Shown here: in pieces, positions 1 through 33,113 of the stretch | Layout: each line of letters starts with the position of its first letter | How positions within the stretch are numbered: position 1 is the stretch's first letter | Assembly (NCBI RefSeq): GCF_009914755.1 | Contig: NC_060927.1 | DNA length: 64,000 nucleotides | Reading direction: 5' to 3' (one strand) | Source of the DNA: the human T2T-CHM13v2.0 reference genome, Homo sapiens | Notes under the pieces: generated by a model | What the model saw: the letters and a program-made list of their open reading frames with translations, nothing else | Databases searched by the model: none | What the model was told of the DNA's origin: nothing | Position numbers and translations under genes: made by a program

Positions 1-86
1 ATGGTCTCGATCTCCTGACCTCGTGATCCGCCCGCCTCGGCCTCCCAAAGTGCTGGGATTACAGGCATGAGCCACCGCGTCCGGCC
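1..86 (-). mobile_element. Alu, 5' end (cut by window edge)
   Basis: Reverse complement of GGCCGG...TGTAATCCCAGCACTTTGGGAGGCCGAGGCGGGCGGATCACGAGGTCAGGAGATCGAGACCAT. Confidence 0.95.
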
Positions 87-116
87 TTGCTTCCCGTTTT
101 TTACTGTTATAGATAA

Positions 117-680
<564 letters not shown>

Positions 681-919
681 TAGTTGCACAGAGAACTACA
701 GCTAGACCATGTTCTTGGCTGTGACATCCTCGGCAAAGCCTGGATGGAGGTCACTGAGGCAAAGCTGAGCCAATATTGATTCAGAACATCCTGTTGCAAA
801 ACATGGAGTGAAAGACATGAAGCAAAAGAGGCCTTTGGAAAGGTTTCTTGGCCATCTCCACCAACAATCTGCCTCAAGGCATCATCCTTTCGTCTTGACC
901 TTTTGTTTAAAGGACTAAG

Positions 920-1052
920 TAGGGAGCCCAAACTCCTAGATTTGCCCAAGGTGGTCCCAATTCAGGCCAGTTGTCCCAGTGTAATTATTAATAGCACCAC
1001 CTTTGACTCTTCAAGGTGTTCAGGCTTGAAAGATAATTTATATGGCCACCTA
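920..1052 (-). mobile_element. MER94-like hAT-Blackjack MITE
   Basis: Reverse complement reads TAGGTGGCCATATAAATTATC...GCTATTAATAATTACACTGGGACAAC...CCCTA, matching the MER94 consensus as I recall it; degenerate TIRs. Confidence 0.7.
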
Positions 1053-3599
1053 CTGTAGGAGGGTGGGAATTCACATCAATTTCCTATCCACAGATACTCT
1101 GCTGTGGCCAACGTGGGGAAGACTGAATGATGGAGAGCCTGTTATACAAACCACAGGGGAACACTTGCCATTGTTTCTGCTATTGTCCCACAGTTGTTTA
1201 AGATGGAAGCAGGAGCCCCTGGAAGCTTTCAGAGAAGAAGCTAGCCAGAAACTCACAAGCCCTTTCCTTGAGAAGCTCTGGCCCCATCACTGCGGAGTGC
1301 TGGCCATGCTCCCTGGTCACTGCCCATGGGACGGCCAGCTCCCGGGCAGGTGGTGCTAAGCAGGTTGGCGGGTGTTACCCCTCCCAGTCTCCTCAAGATT
1401 AGAATCTGTTCCAGGCCACCAGACAGAGCTCCCTGCCAACGCTCTCACTAGAACTGTTCCTGGATGTGCTTCGAGAGCTGTGGCCAAGCTCTTGTGACAA
1501 CACCTCCTGGAATAACAAAGGGATCCTTTGTGGGCAATCGGCTCCAGCTAACAGCTTGCGGATGGCTGGACTCCCTCTGGCATTTTCTTTTCAAGACAGC
1601 CGCCCCCCCATTCCCATCCATTCAGCTCAAGACAATCTGAGATCGTACACAGATAATTGGGCCATTTGTTCAACCTGAAGAGGTAGGTCAGGTCGGCCTT
1701 CCAACATTGAAACTTCCGGAGGAAATGATGGGACACAATGGGAATCTGTGGGGGTGACAGCTCAGGGCATCCGCATTCGATGGTTCCCTTCCAGTATTGT
1801 GCCACCTCTGAGAGAAGGCCTTCAGCTCAGCAGTGTGCTCATGTGACAAGGGCTTATTCTTAGCAACAGGTCCACAAAGGATTTCCAACTAAGCAGCTTT
1901 GGAAACCTAGGCTCTTACTTGGAAGGGCAGGCCCATTGAGGATTGCTCTTGCCAATGGAGCTTCAAGACTCCTCTGGGGCCACCAACTCCATGAAGTCTT
2001 TGTGGAGCCACCGCCTCCCAGATGTTTGCCCAGATGAGAGTTGCACACTTTTGCTTTTGTGCCCCATGTGTTACCCCCATGAGTGTGTGCATATGTGTAT
2101 CTGCATCCATGCACATGTACATATGTCTGTCACAGCACAATCACTCCCCCAAGGACAGTGACACTACCTTACTCTTCTGCATTCTCCTTCCTGCACTGGG
2201 AGCTCAGTAAAAGCTTGTGAAATAAAGAACGGAGTCAGTCTTTCACCTGGAGGTGGTTGGGCCCAGAAGCAGACTGGATGGAGGAATTCAGATGATATTG
2301 TCTCATCTCTTTTTGTCCCTGAATTCTTCTCTGTTTCTTTTCTTTTCTGTTACTGTAGATGAATGTTCTCCATGTTAGGGAAGATGGTCACCAGCAATCC
2401 AACTGGCAACATTGCAGCTCTGGAAATGAAGGCAGCTCCACGGTCTCTTCCCCCATCCCTTGATTACCCGTGTGGCCACAGGGTGGGGTACAGTGACTAG
2501 AGAGTCCACTAGAATGCCATGATTGGAGTGAGGGTACAGCAGTTCCCCAAAGTGGGGCAATTGAGGTGGCCCTGAAGAGGAAAAAACAACAGACATCCAG
2601 GAGAAAATCACTGGAGCTTGAGGGGCCTCTAGGAGGACACATTCTGACCTGGAGACCTGGAGGGCTCCCGTGAGAGGAACAACTGAAATCTCCAACAACC
2701 ACAGGCTGAGGAGCTTGGGCTGGGCAGGTTTACAAAGACCACTGCCTCAGAAAGGACCGCGAGCGGTTGATCTGCAGGCTCTGAGCATGAGGCAGCAGCA
2801 AATGGACCCTCACTGGGGACACCCAGAGGCCAGGTCCCGTGCAGGACCAGGAGTCAGCAGCCAACCCCTGCTCATCTGCTGGGGGTCCGTGGTCCGCTAA
2901 GCGGCCCCACAGAGGGCCCTCTCCCATCAGGCTGGCTCTGGGATGACTGGGTGGTGGCCCTCACAGCAGTAGCTAACATTCTGGGAACCAGACTCCCTGG
3001 GCACTGCCCCACTGCCTCCTGCCAACAGTGCTGTTATGTGGATTTTAGGCTTTAGAATCAGAAACAGGCCCTAAATTAAGCACAGAAAGAGAGAAAGGGT
3101 GGGAGGGAAAGAGAAGAGGAGAGACTGAGGAGATAAAGGGAGGCAGAGAGAGAAAGTGTTGGAAGGACACGGGACAGTTGAAGGAAAAGACGAACAGCCG
3201 CTTTCGGGATAGACTGGGGCAGGACCAAAGCCTGCTGCTCTGCCGACCCAGGACCAACCCCCTTCAGTCCCTGTGACTGCCCCGGAAGTCCAGTTCCCAG
3301 GACTAACGCGGGCCGGTACCTGCCCCTGGGATCAGGGATCAGGTTCTGTGATTGACCACCCCACCATGCGGAGCTGAGGAGGGGCCACTAACTCAAAGGA
3401 AGGGTGAGAAGGAGGGAAGTATATTTTGGACAGACAAAACCAGCAGCTCTCAGGCACCACTAGCTCCATTTTCCAGGTGAGGAGACAGGCTTAGGGAGGG
3501 GGCAGGACTTGTCAACATCACAGTGACAGTGAGTGACAGGACTTCAGCCCAACTAGCTTGACTGCAGTACCACATCTTAATCACTGTGTTTGCTCCCCA

Positions 3600-4190
3600 C
3601 CCAATCACGATGGGTGCCTGGTGGGGACACCTCATTTGATCACAAATCGTAATTTAACAAAATAACACAGTGGTTAAGAGTTTGGGGACCTGTTAGAAGG
3701 TCACTACAGTCAAACAGGCAAGAGAGGAAAGGACTAGCCTGTCCCAAGACAGTAGATACGATGACAGGAGGACATGAATCAGTAGATGCCAGAGAGTGTG
3801 AGAAGAAATCTGTCACGATTGAGAACTCACAGGACTGGGAAGGGAGGAAGGAGTGGGGTCTACATTGGCCTCAGGCTTCTGGTTTGGGCAGTGGGTGGAT
3901 GGAACTGTCCTTCACTGAGGTGCAAAGCCCAGGAGGAGGAAGCGGTGGCAGTGGAGGTGGGAGAGAGAGGAGTTTCATTTTGGAAATGTTGGATTTGAGG
4001 TGCCTGCAGGACACCCAAGTGGAAACGCCCAGTGTTCAGTGGGTCCGTGGGGTGTGGAGCATGGGAGAGAGCCATAGGTGGAGCTGGTATTCCCCCAATG
4101 GCGTGGTATAGTATGAGGCTGGCAAAGGCCTGAGGACGGAGCCTGGGCATCATGGCATTTAGGGGCAGGGAAGCCTTCTCAAGTGAGAAA
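3600..4190. mobile_element. L2 LINE relic (bounds approximate)
   Basis: L2-type phrases such as tttggaaatgttggatttgaggtgcctgcaggacacccaagtgga. Confidence 0.6.
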
Positions 4191-4289
4191 GCATCAGTAG
4201 CTCATTCTTTCCTTGCATGAGTCTGATTCTGTCTGCCTCTTCCTTCCCTGTCTACTCCCCCAACTTTGCCTTACCCAGGTAAGTCATTG

Positions 4290-4576
4290 TTTTTTTTTTT
4301 TTTTAGATGAGTTTCACTATTGTCACTCAGGCTGGAGTACAATGGCTCAATCTCAGCTCACTGTAACCTTCGCCTGCCTAGTTCAAGCGATTCTTCTGCC
4401 TCAGCCTCCCAAGCATCTGGGATTACAGGTGCCCACCACCAAGCCCAGCTAATTTTTTATTTTTAGTAGAGACGGGGTTTCACCATATTGGCCAGGCTGG
4501 TCTCGACCTCAGGTGATCCGTCCGCCTCAGCCTCCCAAAGGGCTGGGATTACAGGCATGAGCCACCACGCCCGGCC
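4290..4576 (-). mobile_element. Alu (AluS-type)
   Basis: Poly-T plus Alu body; TSD ggtaagtcatt on both sides. Confidence 0.96.
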
Positions 4577-5594
4577 AGGGTAAGTCATTCTTAACATTTT
4601 AGCATCCACAGCCGTTCCTCGGCACAGCCTTGCCTGGCCTCCCAAGAATGTTTTCATAGGCTCCCACACTTTTCCAGGACAGGACTTCTTACCTTGCAAT
4701 AACAAAATCATGTCCGTGACGATCGCCCCTGCTGGACTGTAAGCTCCCTGAAAACAGGGACCATGCCCACCATGCTCACTGTTGTATCCCTGTAGGAGGT
4801 GTAGAAACTCCCCCTCTCACTCTCTTCCTGTGCCCCACCTTTTCCAGGGATGTGGATTGACTGTGAGTTTCCAAGGCGTAGACAGGGACAGAATCACAAT
4901 CAGTGTATGAAACTGACCCACATTTCTGTGGTCCTTCTTCAGCTTCCTTCATCAGGCCCACTGGGTTAGGAAGACAGACTGGGCTCTCTTGCAAGCTGGC
5001 ATCTTCTCTCTCTTGTCTTCCCACAGAGTGCCTGGGCACTTGGCAGGGATCCTCATTTGGGCTGCAGTCCTTGGTAAGACCCAATCTGGGCTGTGAGGCT
5101 GAAGCACATGGCCCACCCTGTGCCAAAAGCAGCCTGCCTTGGGGAATCACACAGTCACTCAAACTTGTAACAAAGGGGCGCTTTGGTTTCTCGTTTATTT
5201 TTACCCTCACAGCCTTGGGAAGTTTACGGAAAGAGGGATCACTGGAGGCCAAGATTTGGCCATTCCCAGGTCCTCTGGTGAAATCCCACTGAATAGATGC
5301 TTTCCCTTGTTTAACCCCTGCTCAGTGAATGAAGGAAAGGAGGAAAGAGATGCACAGAGCAGAGCTTCGACTCTAGAGTCATGATCACTTACGAGCGTCT
5401 GTCCCTGGGGAGATCTAGTCCTAGACCATTCAGATACTATATGGATCTAGGGCTTTGCTCCTATGGCGCTGCATGGCAGACGATGGGGCCTGTTACAGCA
5501 GTTCCCAGGCTTCACCCTCATGCATTTAGAAGACTTCTTTGTCAATCTGCCAGTCAGGCAGTGGTGTAAACCTCTGCAACCAAAGCACAGGTTG

Positions 5595-5884
5595 GGCTGG
5601 GTCAGCAGCTCAGACCTGTAATCACAGCACTTTGAGGGGCTGAGGCGGAGGATCACTTGAGGTCAGGAGTTGGAGACCAGCCTGGCCAACATGGTGAAAC
5701 CCCCTCTCTACTGAAAATACAAAAATGATCTGGGCCTGGTGCCGGGTGCCTGTAATCCCAGCTACCTGGGAGGCTGAGGCACAAGAATCGCTTGAAACTG
5801 AGGTTGCAGTGATCTGAGATCACACCACTGCACTCCAGCCTGGGTGACAGAGCAAGACTCAGTCTCAAAAAATAAAAATAAAAA
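5595..5884 (+). mobile_element. Alu (diverged AluS-type, small internal deletion)
   Basis: Alu dimer with A-rich tail. Confidence 0.95.
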
Positions 5885-6129
5885 CTAAGCGCAGGTCGGA
5901 ACGGCTGCTGGGTCTGTTGGATATTCAGCATTTTCTTGGCCCATAAGTAGCCTCCAGATCTAATAAAATGTCTTTAAAAGTCTCTGAAACTGCCTACGTG
6001 CTGGAATTCACATCAGCCCTACAAGCTGGTTGGCCCATCGTATTTTACAAAAGGGAACATAAGCTCAAAGAAATCCTATCATTGGCAAAGCACCCAGCAC
6101 GAGTAACAATAATTAACAGTAATGAATGA

Positions 6130-6370
6130 TAGTAAATTGTGCTACCATTGCCTGAAGACCTACTATGTGCTAGGTACTCCATTCAGGCTTCTACATGTTT
6201 CTCTCACTCATTCTTCGCAGTTGTCCAGTGAGGTTGGTGCCATTATTTTACAAATGAGGAAACTGAGAATGAGAGAGATAGGTGACTTGCTGGAGTTCAC
6301 AAAGCTAATGGGAAATGGGGTCAAGGACTCGAACCCAAATCCCTCTCTAAGGCCTTCTTCCTTTCACTGT
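6130..6370 (-). mobile_element. MIR relic
   Basis: Core attttacaaatgaggaaactgag and downstream MIR-like sequence. Confidence 0.65.
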
Positions 6371-6600
6371 GCTGTTCTCCTTCCAGCTGGTGGCAGGAGG
6401 TGCAGCGAAGATTCTGTGTGTAGCAGGAGGGACCCAGACAGGCCCGACAAAAGGCATTCTGAAGGAAGAGGCTGTTAGGCCTGGCCCAGGAGGGGCAGCT
6501 TCAGAAACCAGGGTAAAGGAATTGCCTCATTTGTACTGCGCGCTGGGCCAGGTCATGTGCCAGCCACTTCTGGCTGTTCTGGGAAAGAAACCCAGGGGGC

Positions 6601-6900
<300 letters not shown>

Positions 6901-7421
6901 AAGAAACCCAGGGGGAACCTGGCCAGACCTAGGACCTGGGCAGAGGGGGGACAAAAGGGGAGAAGGGGCCCAACATTCAGATGGCCATTCCCCACTGGAA
7001 GCAGGTGCAAAGGACCCGTGCTGCCCAGAGACACAGGGCAGGGCCTGGCAAAGGCCTTAGCTCTGCAGAGGAAAGGAGAAGCCCCGAGGAGGCCTCCTTT
7101 GGGAAGGAGATGAACCAGGAGACCTTGAAGGTCCAGTTGGCCCTGGTGGCCCTGAGTGAACCTCTCTCCAGGGATCTTCTGCATCAGTAGTGGGAGAGGG
7201 AGGGAGAAGAAAGAGGTAACTGAGATTTTCCTAAAAGGTTTTGTTTTATAAAGCATTGTGACTGACTGAGGCCTCTGCTTGAAATCTTAAAACCCATCGA
7301 GGAGTTCGTGTCTCTCTTGGGCTGAACTGGAAACTCCTAACACAGCTAATAAAGCCCTGTGCGCTGTGGCCGCTGCTAAGCCCACCTGACTGTCCCTGTC
7401 TCCAACACGTACCTCATGATG

Positions 7422-7595
7422 CAGTGGTTCTCGAGACTTCCCTTCCCCTTCCCCCCAGAGTCAGAACCACCTTGGGGGCTTTGGAAACGCACCCCTGCCC
7501 AGGGCCTACTGCAGACCAGTATCTCTGCGGGTGGCGTCCTTCTTCCTAAAAACCTCCCCAGGTGATTCCGTGCGTGTTTAGGGCTGAGACCCCTG
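7422..7595. mobile_element. MER5-like hAT-Charlie MITE
   Basis: TIRs CAGTGGTTCTC...GAGACCCCTG; internal cagaaccacct and ctccccaggtgattc. Confidence 0.7.
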
Positions 7596-9329
7596 CCGCT
7601 CGGCCTTCTCCGTCATCCTCTCCTGCCCAAGTCCTCCTATTCTCCAGGCCTCAGCCAGGTCTCTGTGCGGGGTCTATTCCAGAGGAAACCCTCCCTGACC
7701 CCTCTCCCAGAGTTGTATTTGGCACAATGGGTTGGGTAGCCCATCTGTGCCTGTGTTCCCATGGCACCCTGTGATTGTCCGGAAATGCCTGACACTCACC
7801 TTTCTCCCTGTGACTGTGATCTCCCTGAGGACAGGGGCCTTATCTAGCGGTTCACAGTTGCATTCCTGCACCTGACATATGATGACCGTTCAATAAATGG
7901 GCTGAAATATTAAGTATCAAGTTAAAATCTGTCTTCCTAAAAATTTCCCTTAGTTCCCGATGTTCCCATCTTCCTAATTAAACATGAAAGCCCACGTCTT
8001 TTCCATTTTTAAACTTTCCCCAAATGTCCATGGATATTGGCCCTTAATTAGCGCTTTTTGAATCCCTCTGGATCCTCCCTGTCCTCCTGAGCAGGGAGCT
8101 GGCTTTCTGTTCCTGCAGACATTAGTGTTTCCCCAAATAGCTCCTAGAAAAGGAAGCACGGCTTCTCCACAAGAAAAGACAGTTTGCAAACAAGGGCTCT
8201 GCGCAGGCAGGCTCAAAGGCAACTGAAGCGGTTCCCTCTCTGGGAGATGTTTAAAGCACCTTCATTTAAGATCACAGAGAAGTTTAGTCAATACTCACCC
8301 ATTTCCTCCTCCACCCTTCCTTAAGGGAAGCCAGAACTGAGCTCTTGTCAGAGAGGGTACCGACCGCAGAACGGCTTCAATAGAGTAGAGGGGATGATAC
8401 ATACTGGAGTGGAAGAAGATGAAGGTGAGAAGCTGCCAACAGGGCATTAATTGGCTTTGGAACAGCTAAGAGCCTCACCCTGGCCCAAAAACCCTGAGGC
8501 AATTTCCGAAAGCAACGGTGGAGGAAGAGGCCTGCCCCTTTTCTCACCTCCTTGGAATGGGCAGCTCGGAAGTGGGAAAGAGGGCCAGGAATCCATAGGG
8601 CATCATTCTCCCGCCAGCTGCCTGGGGCCTGGAGGGGGGCCAGGCGGCTCACCTCCTGGGGTTTGGGAATGTGCCCGGGTGTAAGGAGCTGCAGCCCCCA
8701 TCTCCCCATTACTGAGAGGAGGTGTTGAGAGGTGCCCCGGCAGAGCTGGGGGACAGCGATGGCTGCTGCTGAAGTGTTGGGTGTGGACAAGTGGTCTCTG
8801 CTGAGTTTCTGGCTCCATTGACGTTTCTTCTTAGCTCAGTTTCCTTATCTGAAAATGAGAGTTTTTTTGGACCACATATCAAAGGTCTCTTCAGCACTGC
8901 CTTCTGGGGCTGGTGAGAAAACAGGGAAGCAGGAGAGGAAAGCCCAGGAGTGGTTGTAACTCAAAGACGGGCACCGAGCCCCTGTGTGGGGGATAGGGCA
9001 TGTCCTCACAGTGGTATCCAGGCTCTAGACTGGGGGCCCAGATATAAAAGGGGTGGCAGGTCTACCCCTACATCTTGTATGATTCATCACATGAGGGAAT
9101 CGAGGCCCAACGAGCTTTAAAAGACTCACACAAGGTCACACAGGTAGTGAGCATGGAAGCTTTCTCTACCACAGCGATGGCAGGTAGATTTAACTTCATG
9201 CCCAACTCTGATAGATTGGCAAGGGCTGTCGGGAGCATCACGTGGAGGAAAGAGTCTTTGATCTATTAGCAATGTCTGGCACACACTTGGGAAGAGGAAA
9301 TGGCAGCAAGACCACCACATATTTACTGT

Positions 9330-9800
9330 AACTACTAATTATTTATTAAATTGTTATTGAGAGGCTCCTTCATGTAGGGCACTGGTCCTTATACTGGAGA
9401 TTCAGTGATAAACAAGAGCAGCTCCTGCTCTCAGGAAGTTTCCATTCTAGAAGGAGAGACAAACAATATATATGTGAACAAATGACTAAATAATATAATC
9501 CCAGCTAGTCCTAAGAAGTATAAGGAAAATAAAATAGTGCAATGGGATAGGCAGTGATGGTGTGGGAGAGGAGGGAGGAGATCAAGGCAGCCAGCAGGCA
9601 ACATTTAGGCTGAGACCTAGATACTGAGAAGGAGGCCTCCTTGTGAGGATGGAGGAAGAGCGTCCCAGCAGAGGGAACAGCCAATGCAAAGACTCTCCAA
9701 GAGACAGAGAGACCAGAGTTGAGGCTGTTTAGAGGGCAAGCAAGGGGGCCAGTGGAGAGGGTGGGAGCAGCGAGAAAGCCAGCTGCCTGCTCAGTGTGAG
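9330..9800. mobile_element. L2 relic (bounds approximate)
   Basis: ctgctctcaggaagtttccattctag...cagcagagggaacagccaatgcaaag are typical L2 3' phrases. Confidence 0.6.
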
Positions 9801-10789
9801 CATTTGGATGTCTGACAGGCCTCCCCAACTTAGCCAGTCCAGCACGACACTCTCAGTCCCCCCTCCCAATCACCCCTGCTTCACGCACAACAAAACCTGC
9901 TCCTCCCCAAGTCTTTCCCTTCCCTTCCCAGCAAATGACATCTTTGCCCACCCTATTGCTTGGTCCACTGTGCTACAACCCTGGCCACGTCACCATCAAC
10001 TCTCTCCTGCAGCCTCCCCCTAATCCTCTACAGAAGCCCCCAAAGCACTCATCAAACCAATCCCCTCATTGCTTATTGCCCAAGGCTCTCTTCCTCCCAG
10101 TTTTGTCTTTTTTGCAGCTGTCCCTAACCCATGAACCCACGAACCCAGGGATAGATACTTTATCATCTTTTTAAAAAGAGAATCTGAAGTTGGTTATAGC
10201 CATGAGAGCGCTAAGCACCAATTCAATCCACACACATTCCTCTAGTTGCCCCCAAACAGACAGTGTTTCCAGAGTGGATATGAGGACTGGGTATTAATGA
10301 TCACAGGACCATTTATCAGGCTCCTGCAGTGCTCCTGGCTCCCTGGCCAGAGCATCACAATAGCCCTGCAGGGACGGCATGATTACCATCCCACTTTCAT
10401 TCATGCGGAGATTTAGACTCAGAAAGGTTCAGCTTCTTATCAGAAGTCCCAGAGCTGGTAAATGGCTGAGCCAGGATTTGGACTTAGGTCTCTCTGACGC
10501 CAAAGCCCAAGCTCTTACTTCTGCATCAAGTTTCCTCCTAGACTCAGATGGGCAAAGAATGATGGGCTCAGAAAAAGACACGTCAACCTCGGTCCGGATG
10601 TTCCCCTTTTATGCCAAAATCAAAGGTCAGAGCCTGCTCCCTGGGTTCCTTGGGACCTCAGCCTCAGCCTGGAAACAGGAAGGGTAGGACCTTCTGCCCA
10701 CCTATCCCCAAAGAAATGAGGCATCCCAGCTCTCCTTATCTTGCCTAGCTTTCAGTCTTCATCCTTCCTTCTGCCCCCTCCCAAGTCCT

Positions 10790-11110
10790 TCTTTTGCCAG
10801 GTGGTCACCTTCTTGCCCTGGGCTGTTATAGCCAGTACCCCAGTCTTCTCCAGGAAGCATTCCCGTGGGAACCACAGTGCCAACATCCGGTGAGGACAGG
10901 CCCTCCGTTACCTGCTGGCCCTGCTGCCTCTGCTATCAGACCCAAGAACAAAGGAGCTTGGTGCCTGCCGCCTGGCTGGCTGTGTTTGTCCAGGGTGAGG
11001 CCTCGCCTGGCACAGATGCTGAGCAAACAGAAGTGCGGCTTCACAGATCCGCCTTACAACGAGCGGGGCTTTAGGGGATGTGTTGCTGCCAGGACACCTG
11101 CTGAAATATC
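10790..11110. promoter_or_regulatory. Upstream enhancer about -2.3 kb from the EPHB3 TSS (RBPJ, ETS, TCF/LEF, FOXA, E-box cluster)
   Basis: CAGGTG 10798-10803; CAGGAAG 10851-10857; CGTGGGAA 10864-10871; CATCCGG 10884-10890; AACAAAGG 10947-10954; GAGCAAACA 11021-11029; CACCTG 11095-11100. Position and motif set agree with my recollection of the published EPHB3 intestinal/colorectal enhancer. Confidence 0.75.
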
Positions 11111-11654
11111 TCTGTGTCCAACCCCAGCCAGCACTCCGGGGCATGGGGGACTGCAGGGCAAGGGGACACATCTCTGAGCCTTAGGCTTTTCGGCTCTACA
11201 ATGGGAGAGTTGTATAAGATGATCTCCAAGAGCCCTTCTGTGGTCTGGAGCCCTGAGTGATGTTTCTGAAAGCCCCTAGGGCTTGAGAACAGATCTTGGT
11301 GGCAGAAATGCTGAGGGTGGTGTGGGGTTGGAAGCCAGGCCTCTAACTCATGGTAGTCCTGGACCCCAGCCCCATGTACCCACACATGCCTCTGTCTCTG
11401 ACCAGCAGGACTGACCTCTTTCAGAGAAATGTCCTTGACCACTGGATTTCTGACCTCATTCACTTTCATGGAACTTCCAGGACTAGAGCTAGGGCACTTC
11501 ATGGTGAGAGGACTAAGTGTGCCTGTCTTGCTTCTGAGGTCATTCAGAATCTAACTTCTCACTCTCTGCCTGCAGAAATCAAGATAGCTGGGGAAGGCTC
11601 TGAGGGACCATGGAGAGAGGTTTCTCCAGTTAGGATGGGAGAACTGCACGATGA

Positions 11655-11810
11655 TGGTGATTCTCAGAATGTAGGTGCATCAGAACCACCTGCTTGTTAA
11701 AAATGCAGAACCCTGGGCCCCAACCCCCAGAGATTCTGAGTTCCAAGATTTGAGGTAGGAAAGGGTGGCTTAGAATTCTGAGTTTTAAACGAGTACCTAG
11801 GTCCTCTGTA
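11655..11810. mobile_element. MER5A-like hAT-Charlie MITE
   Basis: gtgcatcagaaccacct...cttgttaaaaatgcaga...gggccccaacccccagagattctgag. Confidence 0.7.
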
Positions 11811-13722
11811 GGTTTCTGATGAAATGTATTTAAAAGCTATGAAGTCCTGGGTTCAAATCCCATCTCTGCCACTTTTTAGCTATGTGACTTGAGAAAGTCA
11901 CTAAGCCTTTCTGGATGTCAGTTTTGTCTGTAAAATGAGGCTGTATAAAATAACTTTCAATAAGTTCGAGTTACTGTTGCAGAGTGTTGATTGCACTTTG
12001 TAAATGTTTGTGGAATAAATGGGGCAGAAGTCCATTTGCCCAAACCAGAAACCTACTGTTCTCCTTGACGTCCTCACCTACCACATCTCTCCACCAACCA
12101 ATCACAAATTCCTGTGAACTCTACCTCCTACATACACTTCACACCTGCCAGCTTCTCTCCCTCCTCAGGGCCACCACGCTAGCCCAAGCCACCATCTTCC
12201 CTTGCCTGCGCACTGCACAGCACCCTCACTGGTCTCCTGCTGCCACCATGGCCTCTGCCCATGCATGCTCCCCAGAGCAGCCATGATCATCCAAGGTCAT
12301 GCCCCTACTTCAAACCCTAGCTCTCAGGAAGGCCTTATCATGAGTCCAAAAAAAATTCCTTCTTCCCCCAACACCTACTTCTAAGAACTCCTTTCAGTCC
12401 CTCTTACACTCAAGCTATTCTGAACTTCTTTCGGATTCCTCCAGTGAATCAGTTTCTTTTGCCCCTAGGTCTTCACACAAAGAGTATTTGCTCCCCTCCT
12501 CACTCCCCCGGAACACACAATCCGCCACTCACTACTCATCCTTCCTATTTCAGCTTGAATGCCAGTTCTTCAGGGCCGGACACTGGCCGTCGCCCTCACG
12601 TACGCTCGAGGAACTCTTCCTCCTCTGCAATAAAGCTCCTTACACTCTACAGCGATGACTTAATCCCACGTCCTCCACTGCTAAGCTAGTAACACAAGCC
12701 TCTGTCTTGTCCATTGCGGTAGCACCCGCAGGTACTACAGTCTGACACATTGTGGGCGCTCACAAAGATGTGCTGAATGAATGACTAAATACGCAGCCCA
12801 GTGAAAGAATGAAGAAACGATGAAGTCCCTTGTCACAGGATACATCGCGGTGGGGGTCCCCCCAAGTAGCACTAAGCTACAGCCACATGAGGGCGTCGCA
12901 GGGCAGACGCGGGCCACATGGGGGCGCCCCCGGTCCGTCTTAGCTGGTTGGCACCTCCTCGGACTCAGTTTAGGTTACTAATCGCCAATGGGCGCCAGGA
13001 GGCGGGGTTCTCCCTCTGATGGACAGCATCGCTCCGCCCAATCTAATTCATCTTTTCCTTAGCCCCGCCCACTCCGGCCCCTGAGACCCCGAGGGTGGGC
13101 CTGGCGGAGACACCGCCAACTGAACTCCAGCTGAGTGCTCTCGAGGCCGAACCAGCGGGCCTGGCGGTCTGTGAGTGGGTGGCCAGCCGCTAGGGGCGGG
13201 GCCTCAGCGTTGACGGGCAGGCAGGCCGTCCCACCCCTCTCGCCCAGAGCGGCCGCGCCAGCGCTGGGGACAGCAGAAGTGAGTACGTGAGCGGCGCAGC
13301 AAGATCCCAGCTCGGACCCCGGACGGCGCGCGCCCCCGAAGCCCCGGATCCCAGTCGGGCCCGCAGCTGACCGCCAGATTACTGTGCATCCCGAATCACG
13401 ACCACCTGCACCCTCCTGCCCCGGCCCGCCCCCCAAGTCCTCAGGCACCCAGCTCCCCGGCGCCCCGGATCCTCCTGGACCGGTCCGTCCAGATTCCCGC
13501 GGGACCGACCTGTCCGCATCCCCAGGACCGCCGGGCTCGGTGCACCGCCTCGGTCCCGGAGCCGCCCGCCTGGATTGCATTCCCTCCTCTCCTGGATCTC
13601 CTGGGACCCGACGCGAGCCTGCCCCGGAGCCCGCCGAGCGCACCCTCTCTCGGGTGCCTGCAGCCCCGCCGGCGCGGCCCGGCCCGGCGCGGCCCGGCTC
13701 GGCTCCTAGAGCTGCCACGGCC

Positions 13723-33113
<19,391 letters not shown>

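Noticed and set aside
12990-13200. CTCF-like motifs near the promoter (also 6383-6396 and 55881-55892)
   Set aside because: Each mismatches a core consensus position; not supportable without ChIP data
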